From positions 32,700-96,699 of the forward strand of contig CALHQW010000004.1 of NCBI GenBank assembly GCA_938040315.1: a stretch of 64,000 bases of DNA, read 5' to 3'. Shown piece by piece: positions 30,372 to 40,363 of the stretch. The stretch comes from an uncultured bacterium (GTDB lineage Bacteria; Hydrothermota; Tepidihabitantia; Tepidihabitantales; DTDR01). The notes under the pieces are model-generated. The model ran no database searches and was not told the DNA's origin. It was given only the letters and a program-made list of their open reading frames with translations. The translations under genes and the position numbers were made by a program. Position 1 is the stretch's first letter, and every line of letters begins with the position of its first letter.

Positions 30372-31402
30372 ATAATTATTAATTTAAATAACTCCTCTTT
30401 TTCTTTATTTTTCATTTTTAAATAATAAATTCCCTTCTGGTATTTTTTATTATCTAAAATTATTTTTTCTTTTATAGTTTTTTTGTAAAGAATTTGACCA
30501 AGAGAATTGGTTAAAATAATTTCACCTTCTTTTTCTTTAAAATCAATTATTAAAGAATTTTGCCAAAGAAGAGTTTTAATTTTTGCATCCTCTTTTTCAA
30601 AAATTCCAGTAAAGATATCTTTTAAATAACCCTTTGACCTACGTCTTCCTTCAACTAATAGAATCCATGTCCCAATATTAAACCACATTCTTTCATTAAT
30701 ATAACTACTATCTTTTACCTGCCAGAGAGAATCTTTATACCATAAAATGCCATTCATTCTTGCTGTATCTCGCCAAAGAAAACTGCTATAAACGCCGGCT
30801 ACTCTTATTACTGTATAGTTTCTTATTTTATAAGCATTAGGAATGAGACCATAAGGAGTTTGGACATTTTCTATGCTAATTACTCGACAGGTGTCAGCCA
30901 AAAAAGTTATTGTGTCATTTAGGATTCCCTCACCATCTAAATCTAATATAAATAATCTTCCTCTTAAACCTAAACCCCACTTAAGATTTATTGAGAAAGG
31001 TGTTTTATAAAGAGTTTCTTGAATAATTATGGTATCAAAAAAAGTGCCATTCCAACATAAATAAGGTCCGTATTCAAAAAGAGTATCGTAAGATTCCTGA
31101 AATTTCCTTGGAGAAAATTTTTTCTTAGAAAAGATATTGAAGAATAATAAATTGAAATTAAAGATTTCTGAATAAGAAGTCTTTTGAAGATAGGCAATAT
31201 TTCCTTGCCACACTGTTTCTTTTACGATTGATTCGCGAGCAATTCCATCATAAAAATAGACTTCGGTAGTTTCCGAGGGATAAAAATAATGTATTGTATC
31301 ACAAATAGAAATAGTATCTAATGCCCATTTTCCTTGGAAGATGCCTAAATAAGATCCTACCGGTCCATTAAAGTTAATTAAAAAAATAATCAAATACACC
31401 AT
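30368..31402 (-). CDS. Secreted hypothetical protein with T9SS-like C-terminal domain
   Basis: GGAGG SD before ATG 31402 (MVYLIIFLINF); C-terminus TNSLGQILY...KGIYYLK...FKLIIM. Confidence 0.65.
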   Translation of the reverse strand: MVYLIIFLINFNGPVGSYLGIFQGKWALDTISICDTIHYFYPSETTEVYFYDGIARESIVKETVWQGNIAYLQKTSYSEIFNFNLLFFNIFSKKKFSPRKFQESYDTLFEYGPYLCWNGTFFDTIIIQETLYKTPFSINLKWGLGLRGRLFILDLDGEGILNDTITFLADTCRVISIENVQTPYGLIPNAYKIRNYTVIRVAGVYSSFLWRDTARMNGILWYKDSLWQVKDSSYINERMWFNIGTWILLVEGRRRSKGYLKDIFTGIFEKEDAKIKTLLWQNSLIIDFKEKEGEIILTNSLGQILYKKTIKEKIILDNKKYQKGIYYLKMKNKEKEELFKLIIM

Positions 31403-31469
31403 TTTCTCCTCCTTTTTAATTATAAAAATTATAAACTTGATTTTACAAAAAGTCAAGTTATAATATCTT

Positions 31470-32846
31470 ATGAGTGATTTAATAATTATTGGTGCTGGTC
31501 CGGGTGGCTATGTAGCAGCAATTCGGGCCTCCCAATTTGGTAAAAAAGTAATTTTAATTGAAGAAAAAGAAGTAGGTGGTGTCTGTTTAAATTCCGGTTG
31601 TATTCCAACAAAAACTTTATTACATTTGGCAAAGATGATAGAAGAAAGTAAGAACTTAAAAAATTATGGTATTGAATTTTCTTTAAACAGAGTTGATATT
31701 AAAAAAATAGGAGAATTTAAAGAGAGAGTTATTTTAAAATTAAGAAGAGGAATTGAGTTTCTTTTAAATAAATATAATATTGAACTAATAAAAGATAGAG
31801 CAATCTTTGAAAGTGAGAAAGAGGTAAGATTATTAAAAAGTAACAAAAAAATAAAAGGAGAAAAATTTATTATTGCTACTGGATCAAAATCATCCTTTCT
31901 GAAAAATATAAAGGGGAATAATGAAATTATTTGGACATCAGAAGAGGCATTAAATTTTGAAAAAATACCAGAAAAATTATTAATAATCGGTGCCGGAGTA
32001 ATTGGTTTAGAATTGGGAACAATTTATTCTTCCTTTGGCTCAAAAGTTATCTTTGTTGAAATTACCAATCAGATTTTACCAGGCATTGATTCAGAAATTG
32101 CTCATTATTTTAAAAATCTTTTAGAAAAAAGGGGAATTATCTTTTATTTGAATTCAATTTTAAAAGAAATAGATATTAATAAAAGAAAAGCAAAAATTGA
32201 GACAAAAGAGAAAGGTGAAATTGAGATTGATTTTGACAATATTTTATTAGCAATCGGCAGAAAACCGAGGAGTGATGAACTAAATTTAAATAATCTTCTT
32301 TTAGATAATTTTGGATATATAAAAACTGATAAAAAGATGATGACAAATATTTCCGGAATCTATGCAATTGGTGACATAAGAAAACCCCCTTTACTTGCTC
32401 ATAAAGCGATGTACGAAGGAAAAAAGGTTATTGAGACAATTTTTCAAGATATCGAAGAAGAAGATGTTTTTATTCCCAATTGTATTTACACCGAACCAGA
32501 AATTGCCACAATTGGCATAAATGAAGAAGAAGCAAAAATTAAGGGATTAGAAATTATTGTTATTAAAGTTCCTTTGTCAGTAAATGGTCGAGCTTTAACA
32601 ATGGGAAAGAACGAAGGCTTTGGAAAAATAATTTATGACAAAAATAAAAAAGAGATTTTGGGTCTTCATTTGATTATGCCTAATGCTTCAGAAATTATTG
32701 GTGAAGGAAGTATCTTCTTAAATTTGAAATTAAACTTAAAAAAAATAAAAAATGTTATTCACCCCCACCCAACATTATCAGAAATTATTGAAGAGATTTT
32801 TTTATCAGTCACAAAAGAGGCAATCCATAATTTACCTTATGAATAA
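31470..32846 (+). CDS. lpdA: Dihydrolipoyl dehydrogenase
   Basis: GAGPGGY, GGVCLNSGCIPTK, LLAHKA, HPHPTLSE. Confidence 0.9.
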   Translation: MSDLIIIGAGPGGYVAAIRASQFGKKVILIEEKEVGGVCLNSGCIPTKTLLHLAKMIEESKNLKNYGIEFSLNRVDIKKIGEFKERVILKLRRGIEFLLNKYNIELIKDRAIFESEKEVRLLKSNKKIKGEKFIIATGSKSSFLKNIKGNNEIIWTSEEALNFEKIPEKLLIIGAGVIGLELGTIYSSFGSKVIFVEITNQILPGIDSEIAHYFKNLLEKRGIIFYLNSILKEIDINKRKAKIETKEKGEIEIDFDNILLAIGRKPRSDELNLNNLLLDNFGYIKTDKKMMTNISGIYAIGDIRKPPLLAHKAMYEGKKVIETIFQDIEEEDVFIPNCIYTEPEIATIGINEEEAKIKGLEIIVIKVPLSVNGRALTMGKNEGFGKIIYDKNKKEILGLHLIMPNASEIIGEGSIFLNLKLNLKKIKNVIHPHPTLSEIIEEIFLSVTKEAIHNLPYE

Positions 32847-33717
32847 TTTGATTGAAAAATTTTTAGAATATTTAGAAAAAGAAAAAAACTATTCCCAAGA
32901 GACCGTTCGGGCATATAAAAATGATTTGCTCCAATTTAAAGAATATTTAGTTGACCGAGAAAAAGTTAATGACTTTTTAAAAGTTAATTATGAGAAGATT
33001 AGAAATTTTATTGGTTATCTTTTAAAATATGGCTATGATAAAAGAAGTACCGCTCGGAAATTGTCAGCGGTTAAATCTTTTTATAAATTTTTGAAGAATA
33101 TCAAACTAATTAAAAAAAACCCCACAATCGGAATTAAATCACCGAGATTAGAAAAAAAAATACCAGTTTTTCTAACAGAAGTGCAAGTAAAAGAAATTTT
33201 AGATTTACAACCACCAACAAAAATAAGTTTTCGGGACAAAGCAATGTTAGAACTTTTATATGCTTCGGGATTGAGAGTATCGGAATTGGTGAATTTAAAA
33301 ATAAGTGATGTGGATTTTGAAAATAAAATATTAAAAGTAAAGGGTAAAGGAGAAAAAGAAAGGATTGTGCCTTTTGGTAGTTATGCTTTCAACGCTTTAA
33401 AAAAATATTTAGAAGAAAGAAAGGATAATTCTCCTTATCTTTTTGTATCAAGATTTAATAAAAAATTAAGTAATCGACAAATCCAAAAAATTGTAAAAAA
33501 ATATTTAAGCAAAATTCCTAATCCTCCCGCAACTAATCCTCATATTTTTAGACATAGTTTTGCTACTCATCTTCTTGATAGAGGAGCTGATTTAAGGGTA
33601 GTTCAAGAACTTTTGGGTCATAGCAGTTTAGAAACAACACAGATTTATACCCATTTAACTATCGGTAAACTAAAAGAGATTTATAAAAAAACCCATCCCC
33701 GAGCAAAATTGAATTGA
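32839..33717 (+). CDS. xerC: Tyrosine recombinase XerC-like
   Basis: RDKAMLELLYASGLRVSE, GKGEKER, HIFRHSFATHLL..GADLR..QELLGH..TTQIYTH. Start ATG 32839. Confidence 0.8.
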   Translation: MNNLIEKFLEYLEKEKNYSQETVRAYKNDLLQFKEYLVDREKVNDFLKVNYEKIRNFIGYLLKYGYDKRSTARKLSAVKSFYKFLKNIKLIKKNPTIGIKSPRLEKKIPVFLTEVQVKEILDLQPPTKISFRDKAMLELLYASGLRVSELVNLKISDVDFENKILKVKGKGEKERIVPFGSYAFNALKKYLEERKDNSPYLFVSRFNKKLSNRQIQKIVKKYLSKIPNPPATNPHIFRHSFATHLLDRGADLRVVQELLGHSSLETTQIYTHLTIGKLKEIYKKTHPRAKLN

Positions 33718-33746
33718 TTTTTATTATATTTATGATATAATTTTCT

Positions 33747-35537
33747 ATGTTTAGTATATCAAAAATTAGGAAAAATATGCGCACTATTATGTTAATTGTC
33801 GCTATTGCCTTTGTGGGTGGATTTCTTATGTCCGAACTTTGGATAGTGTTAAAAGAAGGTCGTTTAGGAGGCCATCCAATAAGAAAAGGAATTTTAGGTT
33901 ACGTTGGCAAAAAGCCAATAAGATTAAATGAATATCAAAATATTTTAAATTATTTAACTTACCAATATTTAAGAACTAACCGACTAAAAGATGTTTCCGA
34001 AGAAGAAAAAATAAGATTACAAGAAGAAGCCTGGCGTTATCTGGTTGATAATAAAATTTGGGAGGATATTTATAAGAAAAATAATATTAGTGTAACTAAT
34101 GAAGAACTTTTTGAGATAATGAAAGCCAATCCTCCAGAAGAATTAAAAAATTCACCAGAATTAAAAGATAGTTTGGGAAATTTTGATTATCAAAAATATT
34201 ACCAAATTCTCACCAATCCGGAAAACCAACCTTATTTCGCTCTCTATGCCCAACAACTGTTAGAATTTTTACCAAAAGAGAAATTTCGTTTAGATTTACA
34301 AACCGCAATCCAAATTTCTAAGAAGGAGGCTGAATTTTTTACCGAATTACAAAGGACAAGAATGGTTGCCACTCATATTTTCGTTCCCCTTTTAACACCC
34401 GATGATACTATATCAATTTCTGAAAAGGAATTGAAAGCCTATTATGAAAAAAATAAAAAAAGGAATTTTAAAATTCCTAAAACCGCTAACCTTAAATACA
34501 TTGAAATTCCAATCACCTTAACAAGTAATGATAGTAATGAAGCAAAATCAATTATTGAGGATGTTTATAACGAATTAAAGAAAGGGGAAGATTTTGGTGT
34601 TTTAATGCTTGATTTCTCAGAATTCTTAGAAGATACTGGCGGTATTTGGTATGAATTTAAAAATTTAGATAGTTTAACCCAAAGGATTTTGAAAATTCTC
34701 AAACCAGATCAATTTTCCGCACCTTTTTTAAAAAGCGATACCTGGAAAATTATTCAATTGAGAGAAAAGAAAGGCGATAGTTTAAAACTGCGCTCAATCA
34801 GTGTTAGAATAAAAATTTCTACTGCTACTATTGAAGCAATTTTGGATACTTTGGAGAAATTTCGGGAAGCAGCAAAAGAAGAGAATTTTGATAGTATTGC
34901 TTTTAGATATTTTAATCAACACCCAAGACCGATTACCATTACTGAAGGTCGTCAACCATTTTGGTTAAGATTAGCCAGTCCTAATCAGATAGAAGATTTT
35001 GCTTTTAATTCTAAAATTGGTTCTATTTCGCCTCCTTTGCTGACAAGTACTTCTTATATTATTGCTTATTTAGAAAAAGTAAATAAAGAAGGTTATCAAC
35101 CTTTTGAAAGAATAAAGACTTCTTTGACTTACCAAATAAGAAGAGAAAAGTTAAAAGAAAAGAAAAGAAAAATTGCTGAAGAGATAAGAGTAATGTTATT
35201 AAGAAATGAAGATATTGATGTTATTCAAAATAAATATCTCTTTTGCCAAATTGGTCATAAGGAAGACTTTATGAGTTTTGATTTTTGTGTAACAAACCGG
35301 GGACCAGAATTTGCTGGAGCACTTTATTCTTTAAATCCGGGAGAGGTCTCGCCAATAATTGAATTAGATTGGGGGTTTTACATAATAAAATGTGAAGAAA
35401 GAAATCTTTTAGGAGAAATCTCGATTGATAATTATCGTAATCAAAAAACCAACCAGTTTATTCAATATTTTTGGGAAGAATTTACTAAAGAGGAGAAAGT
35501 AAAGGATTTTCGTTATCTTTTATATACCAAAGAATAA
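33747..35537 (+). CDS. PpiD/SurA-like peptidyl-prolyl isomerase/chaperone
   Basis: N-terminal TM anchor, SurA-N-like region, GNFDYQKY, parvulin-like GEVSPIIELDWGFYII. Confidence 0.75.
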   Translation: MFSISKIRKNMRTIMLIVAIAFVGGFLMSELWIVLKEGRLGGHPIRKGILGYVGKKPIRLNEYQNILNYLTYQYLRTNRLKDVSEEEKIRLQEEAWRYLVDNKIWEDIYKKNNISVTNEELFEIMKANPPEELKNSPELKDSLGNFDYQKYYQILTNPENQPYFALYAQQLLEFLPKEKFRLDLQTAIQISKKEAEFFTELQRTRMVATHIFVPLLTPDDTISISEKELKAYYEKNKKRNFKIPKTANLKYIEIPITLTSNDSNEAKSIIEDVYNELKKGEDFGVLMLDFSEFLEDTGGIWYEFKNLDSLTQRILKILKPDQFSAPFLKSDTWKIIQLREKKGDSLKLRSISVRIKISTATIEAILDTLEKFREAAKEENFDSIAFRYFNQHPRPITITEGRQPFWLRLASPNQIEDFAFNSKIGSISPPLLTSTSYIIAYLEKVNKEGYQPFERIKTSLTYQIRREKLKEKKRKIAEEIRVMLLRNEDIDVIQNKYLFCQIGHKEDFMSFDFCVTNRGPEFAGALYSLNPGEVSPIIELDWGFYIIKCEERNLLGEISIDNYRNQKTNQFIQYFWEEFTKEEKVKDFRYLLYTKE

Positions 35538-35542
35538 AATTT

Positions 35543-35614
<72 letters not shown>

Positions 35615-35673
35615 TATTATTGACTTTTTTATTTTTTTATTTATATTTTATTAATTAAAAAGGAGGTTAAAAG

Positions 35674-36852
35674 ATGGCCTATTTAGTAATTTTATTACAA
35701 ATAATTAATTTTAATACTAATTTAGATTTAACAATTGCTCGCCATGATACTGGTAATATAATCTTACAAGTTACTGACCGAGCCCATATTGGTGGTGAGA
35801 CTACTGGCACAGCCAATATCCCTTATGGGTTAAGATATCCAAGAACAGGAACCGACCATTTATTCTTTGGTGGATTTGTAATTACCAATTCGCGAACTTA
35901 TGTCGCTGATGGTCATTATGCTCCCAATTACCGAATTGACCGGGATTTTCGAATTCGTGATGTTATTCATCGAGTTTCAAGATACGGTCTTCAAGAATAT
36001 GAAGCAAGTTATATTGACTCTGGACATCCAACTCCTAAAAATATAAAAGTAACTCAATACACTTTAGCATCTCCTGAGCCGAATTATGATGATGGTGTAA
36101 TAATGATTTTCACTATCAAAAATGAAGGGAATACCTCTGTTGAAAGTCTTTATGCCGGAATTATATTAGATTTGGATCTTCCGGGAGGTTCTCCTTCAGA
36201 ATTAGCAAATACTGATACAATAAGAAGATGTGTGTATCAAAGAAGGTCGACAACAGAAAATCCCACAGTTGGAATAAAAATCTTATCGCCAAATTGGGCA
36301 AATCTTGCTTGCCTTTATAATCCAACTTATGTTCATCCTTATTATGGATTACCCGATACTTTTAAATATAAATTTCTGAGAGGAATGATAAGACAATATG
36401 CCGGTGTGACTGCAAGTGATTGGTCAAGTGTTGCCTCTGTCGGTCCTTTTAATTTAGAGCCACAACAAGAATATGTATGTGCCTTTGCTATTTTGGGCGG
36501 AACTTCAATAAATGATTTTCTTACAAACGCTGATAGTATTCAGGCGTTTTATGACCGACTTGTTGGCATAAACGAAAATAAAAAAGATAAAAAAGATAAA
36601 AAAGTGATCCTTTTAATAAGCCCAATAATTTTAAGTTCAAAATCTAAATTACAATTAAAAGTGAATACTGATGAAGAATTCCAAATAAACCTCTATGATC
36701 TTTGTGGAAAATTGGTCCACTCTTTTGGAAAAATAAAAGGAAAGAAGATTTATACCCTAACTTTAGATAAAAAATATTCTAAAGGAGTTTATTTTTTAAG
36801 GATAGAAGGAAAGGAGAATTACTTAACTAAAAAACTAGTTTATTTAAAGTAA
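35674..36852 (+). CDS. Secreted hypothetical protein with T9SS-like C-terminal domain
   Basis: AGGAGG SD, short hydrophobic N-terminus, C-terminus LYDLCGKLV...KGVYFLRIE...TKKLVYLK. Confidence 0.7.
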   Translation: MAYLVILLQIINFNTNLDLTIARHDTGNIILQVTDRAHIGGETTGTANIPYGLRYPRTGTDHLFFGGFVITNSRTYVADGHYAPNYRIDRDFRIRDVIHRVSRYGLQEYEASYIDSGHPTPKNIKVTQYTLASPEPNYDDGVIMIFTIKNEGNTSVESLYAGIILDLDLPGGSPSELANTDTIRRCVYQRRSTTENPTVGIKILSPNWANLACLYNPTYVHPYYGLPDTFKYKFLRGMIRQYAGVTASDWSSVASVGPFNLEPQQEYVCAFAILGGTSINDFLTNADSIQAFYDRLVGINENKKDKKDKKVILLISPIILSSKSKLQLKVNTDEEFQINLYDLCGKLVHSFGKIKGKKIYTLTLDKKYSKGVYFLRIEGKENYLTKKLVYLK

Positions 36853-36856
36853 TTTA

Positions 36857-37552
36857 CTAAATTCTACTTCCAAAAATTAAAGTTCCAATTCTAAGGATAT
36901 TTGCTCCTTCTTCTATGGCAACTTCAAAATCACTACTCATTCCCATTGAAAGAAAGGGCAAAGATATTTTAAATTTATCTTGAATTTTTTCTCTTAATTC
37001 ATAAAGAAGACGAAAGGATTTGCGAGAATTTTCTTTATTCTCAATCGCACTAATTGGACCTAAGGTCATAAGTCCTTCCAATTTTAAATGGGGTTGATTT
37101 AAAACATATTCTACCAATCTCTCTAAATCTTCCGGCGAAACACCAAATTTAGTATTTTCAAAGGATGTATTAACTTGAATAAATACGCGGATAATTTTAT
37201 TTTCTTTTTCACATAATTTTTCTAATTCTTCAGCAAGTTCAATTCTATCCAAAGATTGAATACAAGAAAAATATTGAAGTGCTTTTTTAACCTTATTAGT
37301 TTGTAAATGACCAACAAAATGCCATTCAATATTTTTAAACTCATTATTAATTAAAGGAATTTTTTTAATTGCCTCTTGAACTCGGTTTTCACCAATTTTA
37401 TTTAGACCACAATTTATCGCTTCTTTTATCCTTTCAGTATTAACACCTTTACTAACTGCCACTATTTCTATCTCCTCTTTTTTTCTACCCACTTTATTAC
37501 AAACCTCCTCAATTCTTCTCCATAAATTTTCAATATTTTTCTTTATATCCAT
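36857..37552 (-). CDS. yggS: PLP homeostasis protein YggS
   Basis: VAVSK, GENRVQE, WHFVGHLQTNK, LSMGMSSD, RIGTLIFG. Confidence 0.94.
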   Translation of the reverse strand: MDIKKNIENLWRRIEEVCNKVGRKKEEIEIVAVSKGVNTERIKEAINCGLNKIGENRVQEAIKKIPLINNEFKNIEWHFVGHLQTNKVKKALQYFSCIQSLDRIELAEELEKLCEKENKIIRVFIQVNTSFENTKFGVSPEDLERLVEYVLNQPHLKLEGLMTLGPISAIENKENSRKSFRLLYELREKIQDKFKISLPFLSMGMSSDFEVAIEEGANILRIGTLIFGSRI

Positions 37553-37649
37553 TATAACATAATATAAATAAATCTTATTTTATTTTCAAGATGATAGGGG
37601 AAGGGGGTATATAGGTAGAGGTTATTGATAGATAAAGATTTTTTGAGGT

Positions 37650-37665
37650 ATAGGGATAACCCTAT
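37650..37665. repeat. Inverted repeat in a purine-rich divergent intergenic region
   Basis: ATAGGG-ATAA-CCCTAT. Confidence 0.5.
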
Positions 37666-37785
37666 GATGGTATAGAAAGATAGTACAAAATATAATTGAT
37701 TAGTAATTTGACTTTTCATTTTATTTTACTATAATTATTTAGATATTAGATTTAATGCTCGAATTATTCCTAAATATTTTTTCGT

Positions 37786-38772
37786 ATGAAAAAAAGGGAA
37801 GAGAATTTAATTAAAATTTCTGTTCCTTTTAAAGGAATTGACCCAATTAAAATTCTTGGTTTTCAAGATGAATACCTTAATTATATTTCTAAATTTTTCG
37901 GTTCTCAAATTATTGCTCGCAAAGATCGGATAAGAATATTAGGACCCCAAGAAGAGGTTTATAAAATTCGTGAGCTCTTTTTGAATCTTATGAGACATAT
38001 TAAAAAGAACAATTTTTTAACAAGGGAATTAATTAATGAAGAAATTAAATTGGTAAAAAGTGGAGAGTTTCCTAAGGAAGAGAAAAAAGAAAAGACAACA
38101 GAAAAAAGAAAAGCCGAATATGCTATTACTACTCCTAAAAAAATTATTTCTCCCCAAACAAAACATCAAGAGGAATATTTAAAAGCCATCGATGAGGCTG
38201 AGATAGTAATTTGTATCGGACCTGCAGGAACAGGAAAAACTTATTTAGCGGTAGCTAAGGCGGTATCTTATCTCTTAAATGGTAAAGTAGCAAGAATAAT
38301 TTTAACCCGACCGGCAGTAGAGGCGGGTGAACAACTGGGTTATTTACCCGGTGATTTAAAAGAAAAAGTTGCTCCTTATTTAAGACCTCTTTATGATGCC
38401 CTTTATGATATGATACCAATAGAAAAAGTAAAAAGAATGATTGAGGAAGAGATAATTGAAATTGCTCCTTTAGCCTATATGCGAGGAAGAACTTTATCCG
38501 ATGCTTTTATCATTTTAGATGAAGGACAAAATACTACTAAAACCCAAATGAAAATGTTTCTCACCCGTTTGGGTTGGAATTCTAAGGCAGTGGTAACTGG
38601 TGATGTTACCCAAATTGATTTAAGTTCTAAATACTCTTCTGGTCTCATTGATTGTGAAAAAAGATTAAAAAATATCAATGGTGTCAAAATTATTTATTTT
38701 GACAAAGGAGATGTCACCCGGCCAACAATTGTTTCCGAAATTATTAAAGCCTACGAGGAAGAAGAAAGTTAA
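37786..38772 (+). CDS. phoH: PhoH-family ATPase (YbeZ-like)
   Basis: GPAGTGKTYLA, LTRPAVEAGE, APLAYMRGRT, LDEGQN, TGDVTQID. Confidence 0.93.
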   Translation: MKKREENLIKISVPFKGIDPIKILGFQDEYLNYISKFFGSQIIARKDRIRILGPQEEVYKIRELFLNLMRHIKKNNFLTRELINEEIKLVKSGEFPKEEKKEKTTEKRKAEYAITTPKKIISPQTKHQEEYLKAIDEAEIVICIGPAGTGKTYLAVAKAVSYLLNGKVARIILTRPAVEAGEQLGYLPGDLKEKVAPYLRPLYDALYDMIPIEKVKRMIEEEIIEIAPLAYMRGRTLSDAFIILDEGQNTTKTQMKMFLTRLGWNSKAVVTGDVTQIDLSSKYSSGLIDCEKRLKNINGVKIIYFDKGDVTRPTIVSEIIKAYEEEES

Positions 38773-39139
38773 AGTTAATATCTTTGGTGTTAAAAATTTA
38801 AAGTTAAAAAAAGAAATTAAAGAAGTAGTTAAAGAGGTTTTAAAGGATGAAAATATAAAAACTTCAGAATTAAATATTATTGTCTGTGATGATCGATTTA
38901 TTAAAAAGTTAAATAAAAAATTCCTAAAAAGAGATTACTCAACCGATGTTTTAGCTTTCAATTTTGATGAAAATTTTCTTGGTGAAATATATGTTTCAAA
39001 GAATCAGACATTAAAACAGGCAAAAGAAGATAAAGTAAAATATGGTTATCGTCTGAAATATTTAATTCTTCATGGACTTTTTCATCTTTTATCTTATTCC
39101 CATTCAGAAATGGCAAAATTAATAACAAAATATTTATAA
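38678..39139 (+). CDS. ybeY: rRNA maturation RNase YbeY (start uncertain)
   Basis: LNKKFLKRDYSTDVLAF, LGEIYVS, HGLFHLLSYSH. The conserved part begins near 38768. Confidence 0.82.
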   Translation: MVSKLFILTKEMSPGQQLFPKLLKPTRKKKVKVNIFGVKNLKLKKEIKEVVKEVLKDENIKTSELNIIVCDDRFIKKLNKKFLKRDYSTDVLAFNFDENFLGEIYVSKNQTLKQAKEDKVKYGYRLKYLILHGLFHLLSYSHSEMAKLITKYL

Positions 39140-40363
39140 ATGGGATATTTAATTATTCTTCTTTTAATCCTATTATTATTCTCCGCTTTATTTTCCGCCT
39201 CAGAAACTGCCTATTTTTCTCTTTCCGCTGAAGATTTTAAAAAATTAAATCTTGAAGAATTAAAAAAAAATGAGCATTCCTTTCTTTTAACAATTTTATT
39301 ATCTAACCTATTAGTGAATATTTCTTTTGCTTCTTTAACAACCCTTTTTAGTCTCAATCTTTTTTTAAATAAATTTGACCATTCTTTACTTTTGACCTTC
39401 ACTTCCCTAATATCAACTTTTATTATTCTTCTCTTTGGTGAAATTTTACCTAAAATTTATGCTACTAATTTTCCTTTAAAATTTGGTAGTTTCCCTCTTT
39501 CCTATTTTAAAAAAATCTCTTCTTTCTTTAATCCTTTTGTTCAATATTTTCAAAAAATATTTCTCTTTCGCTTTCTTCCCAAAAGCGAGCCCTTTCCTAA
39601 TAAAGAAGAATTAAAAAGTCTAATCAATTTTGGTATTGAAAATAAAGAACTTACTAAAGAAGAAGGTGAAATTCTTTATAACCTGATTGAATTAGAAGAA
39701 AGAAGAGTAAACGAAATTATGACACCCCGGAATAAAATATTTGCTCTTGACAAAGAACTATCTTTAAAAGAAGCAATAGAAAAAATTAAAGAAAATCCTA
39801 AATCAAGAATTCCTATTTATGAAAATAATATTGATAATATTATTGGGGTGGTATATTTAAAAGATATTTTAGAAATATTTTTCTCTTATAATTTTAACCC
39901 TCCAGAAGATTTAAAATTAGAAAATATCAAAAAACCAATTAATTTTGTTTCGGAAGTTCAAAGATTACCAGTAGTTTTTGAAGAATTAAGAAAAAAAGGA
40001 GCACACATTGCCCTAGTTATTGATGAATTTGGTCAAATTTCTGGGTTGGTAACTTTAGAAGATTTTTTGGAAACAATCTTTGGAGAAATAACCGATGAAT
40101 ATGATTTTCAGGAAGAGTTACCTTATATAAAAATAAGTGAAAATAGTTATTTAGTTATTGGTGACATTGATTTAGCCACTGTTAACCGATTAACCAAGGA
40201 TGCATTAAAGGAAGTTAATTTTCCTCGGCTTTCTGTCTATCTTATTGAAAAATTAGGAAGATTGCCAGAAGTGGGTGATGTAATAAGAGAGAAAAACTTA
40301 CTATTTGAAATAAAAGAGGTTAAAAAAAGAAAGATTGAAAAAGTATTATTAAAAATTTTATAA
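39140..40363 (+). CDS. CNNM/CorC-HlyC family membrane protein (DUF21-CBS-CorC)
   Basis: FSASETAYFS, FGEILPK, IMTPR, SRIPIY, DEFG..GLVTLED, CorC tail. Confidence 0.88.
   Translation: MGYLIILLLILLLFSALFSASETAYFSLSAEDFKKLNLEELKKNEHSFLLTILLSNLLVNISFASLTTLFSLNLFLNKFDHSLLLTFTSLISTFIILLFGEILPKIYATNFPLKFGSFPLSYFKKISSFFNPFVQYFQKIFLFRFLPKSEPFPNKEELKSLINFGIENKELTKEEGEILYNLIELEERRVNEIMTPRNKIFALDKELSLKEAIEKIKENPKSRIPIYENNIDNIIGVVYLKDILEIFFSYNFNPPEDLKLENIKKPINFVSEVQRLPVVFEELRKKGAHIALVIDEFGQISGLVTLEDFLETIFGEITDEYDFQEELPYIKISENSYLVIGDIDLATVNRLTKDALKEVNFPRLSVYLIEKLGRLPEVGDVIREKNLLFEIKEVKKRKIEKVLLKIL

Noticed and set aside
32839..33717. Tyrosine recombinases (also 62507-63400) as integrases of a mobile element
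   Set aside because: Both have XerC/XerD size and motifs, overlap housekeeping genes, and have no att repeats or cargo.
33778..33797. dif-like sequence TGCGCACTATTATGTTAATT just after xerC
   Set aside because: It lies inside the ppiD coding region and lacks the 6-bp spacer between the arms.
37551..37579. XerD-arm-like TTATGTTA on the minus strand
   Set aside because: The XerC arm does not fit; it is better explained as the yggS promoter and start region.
37651..37660. TAGGGATAAC matches the first 10 nt of the I-SceI site
   Set aside because: The rest of the site is absent; it is part of a local palindrome.
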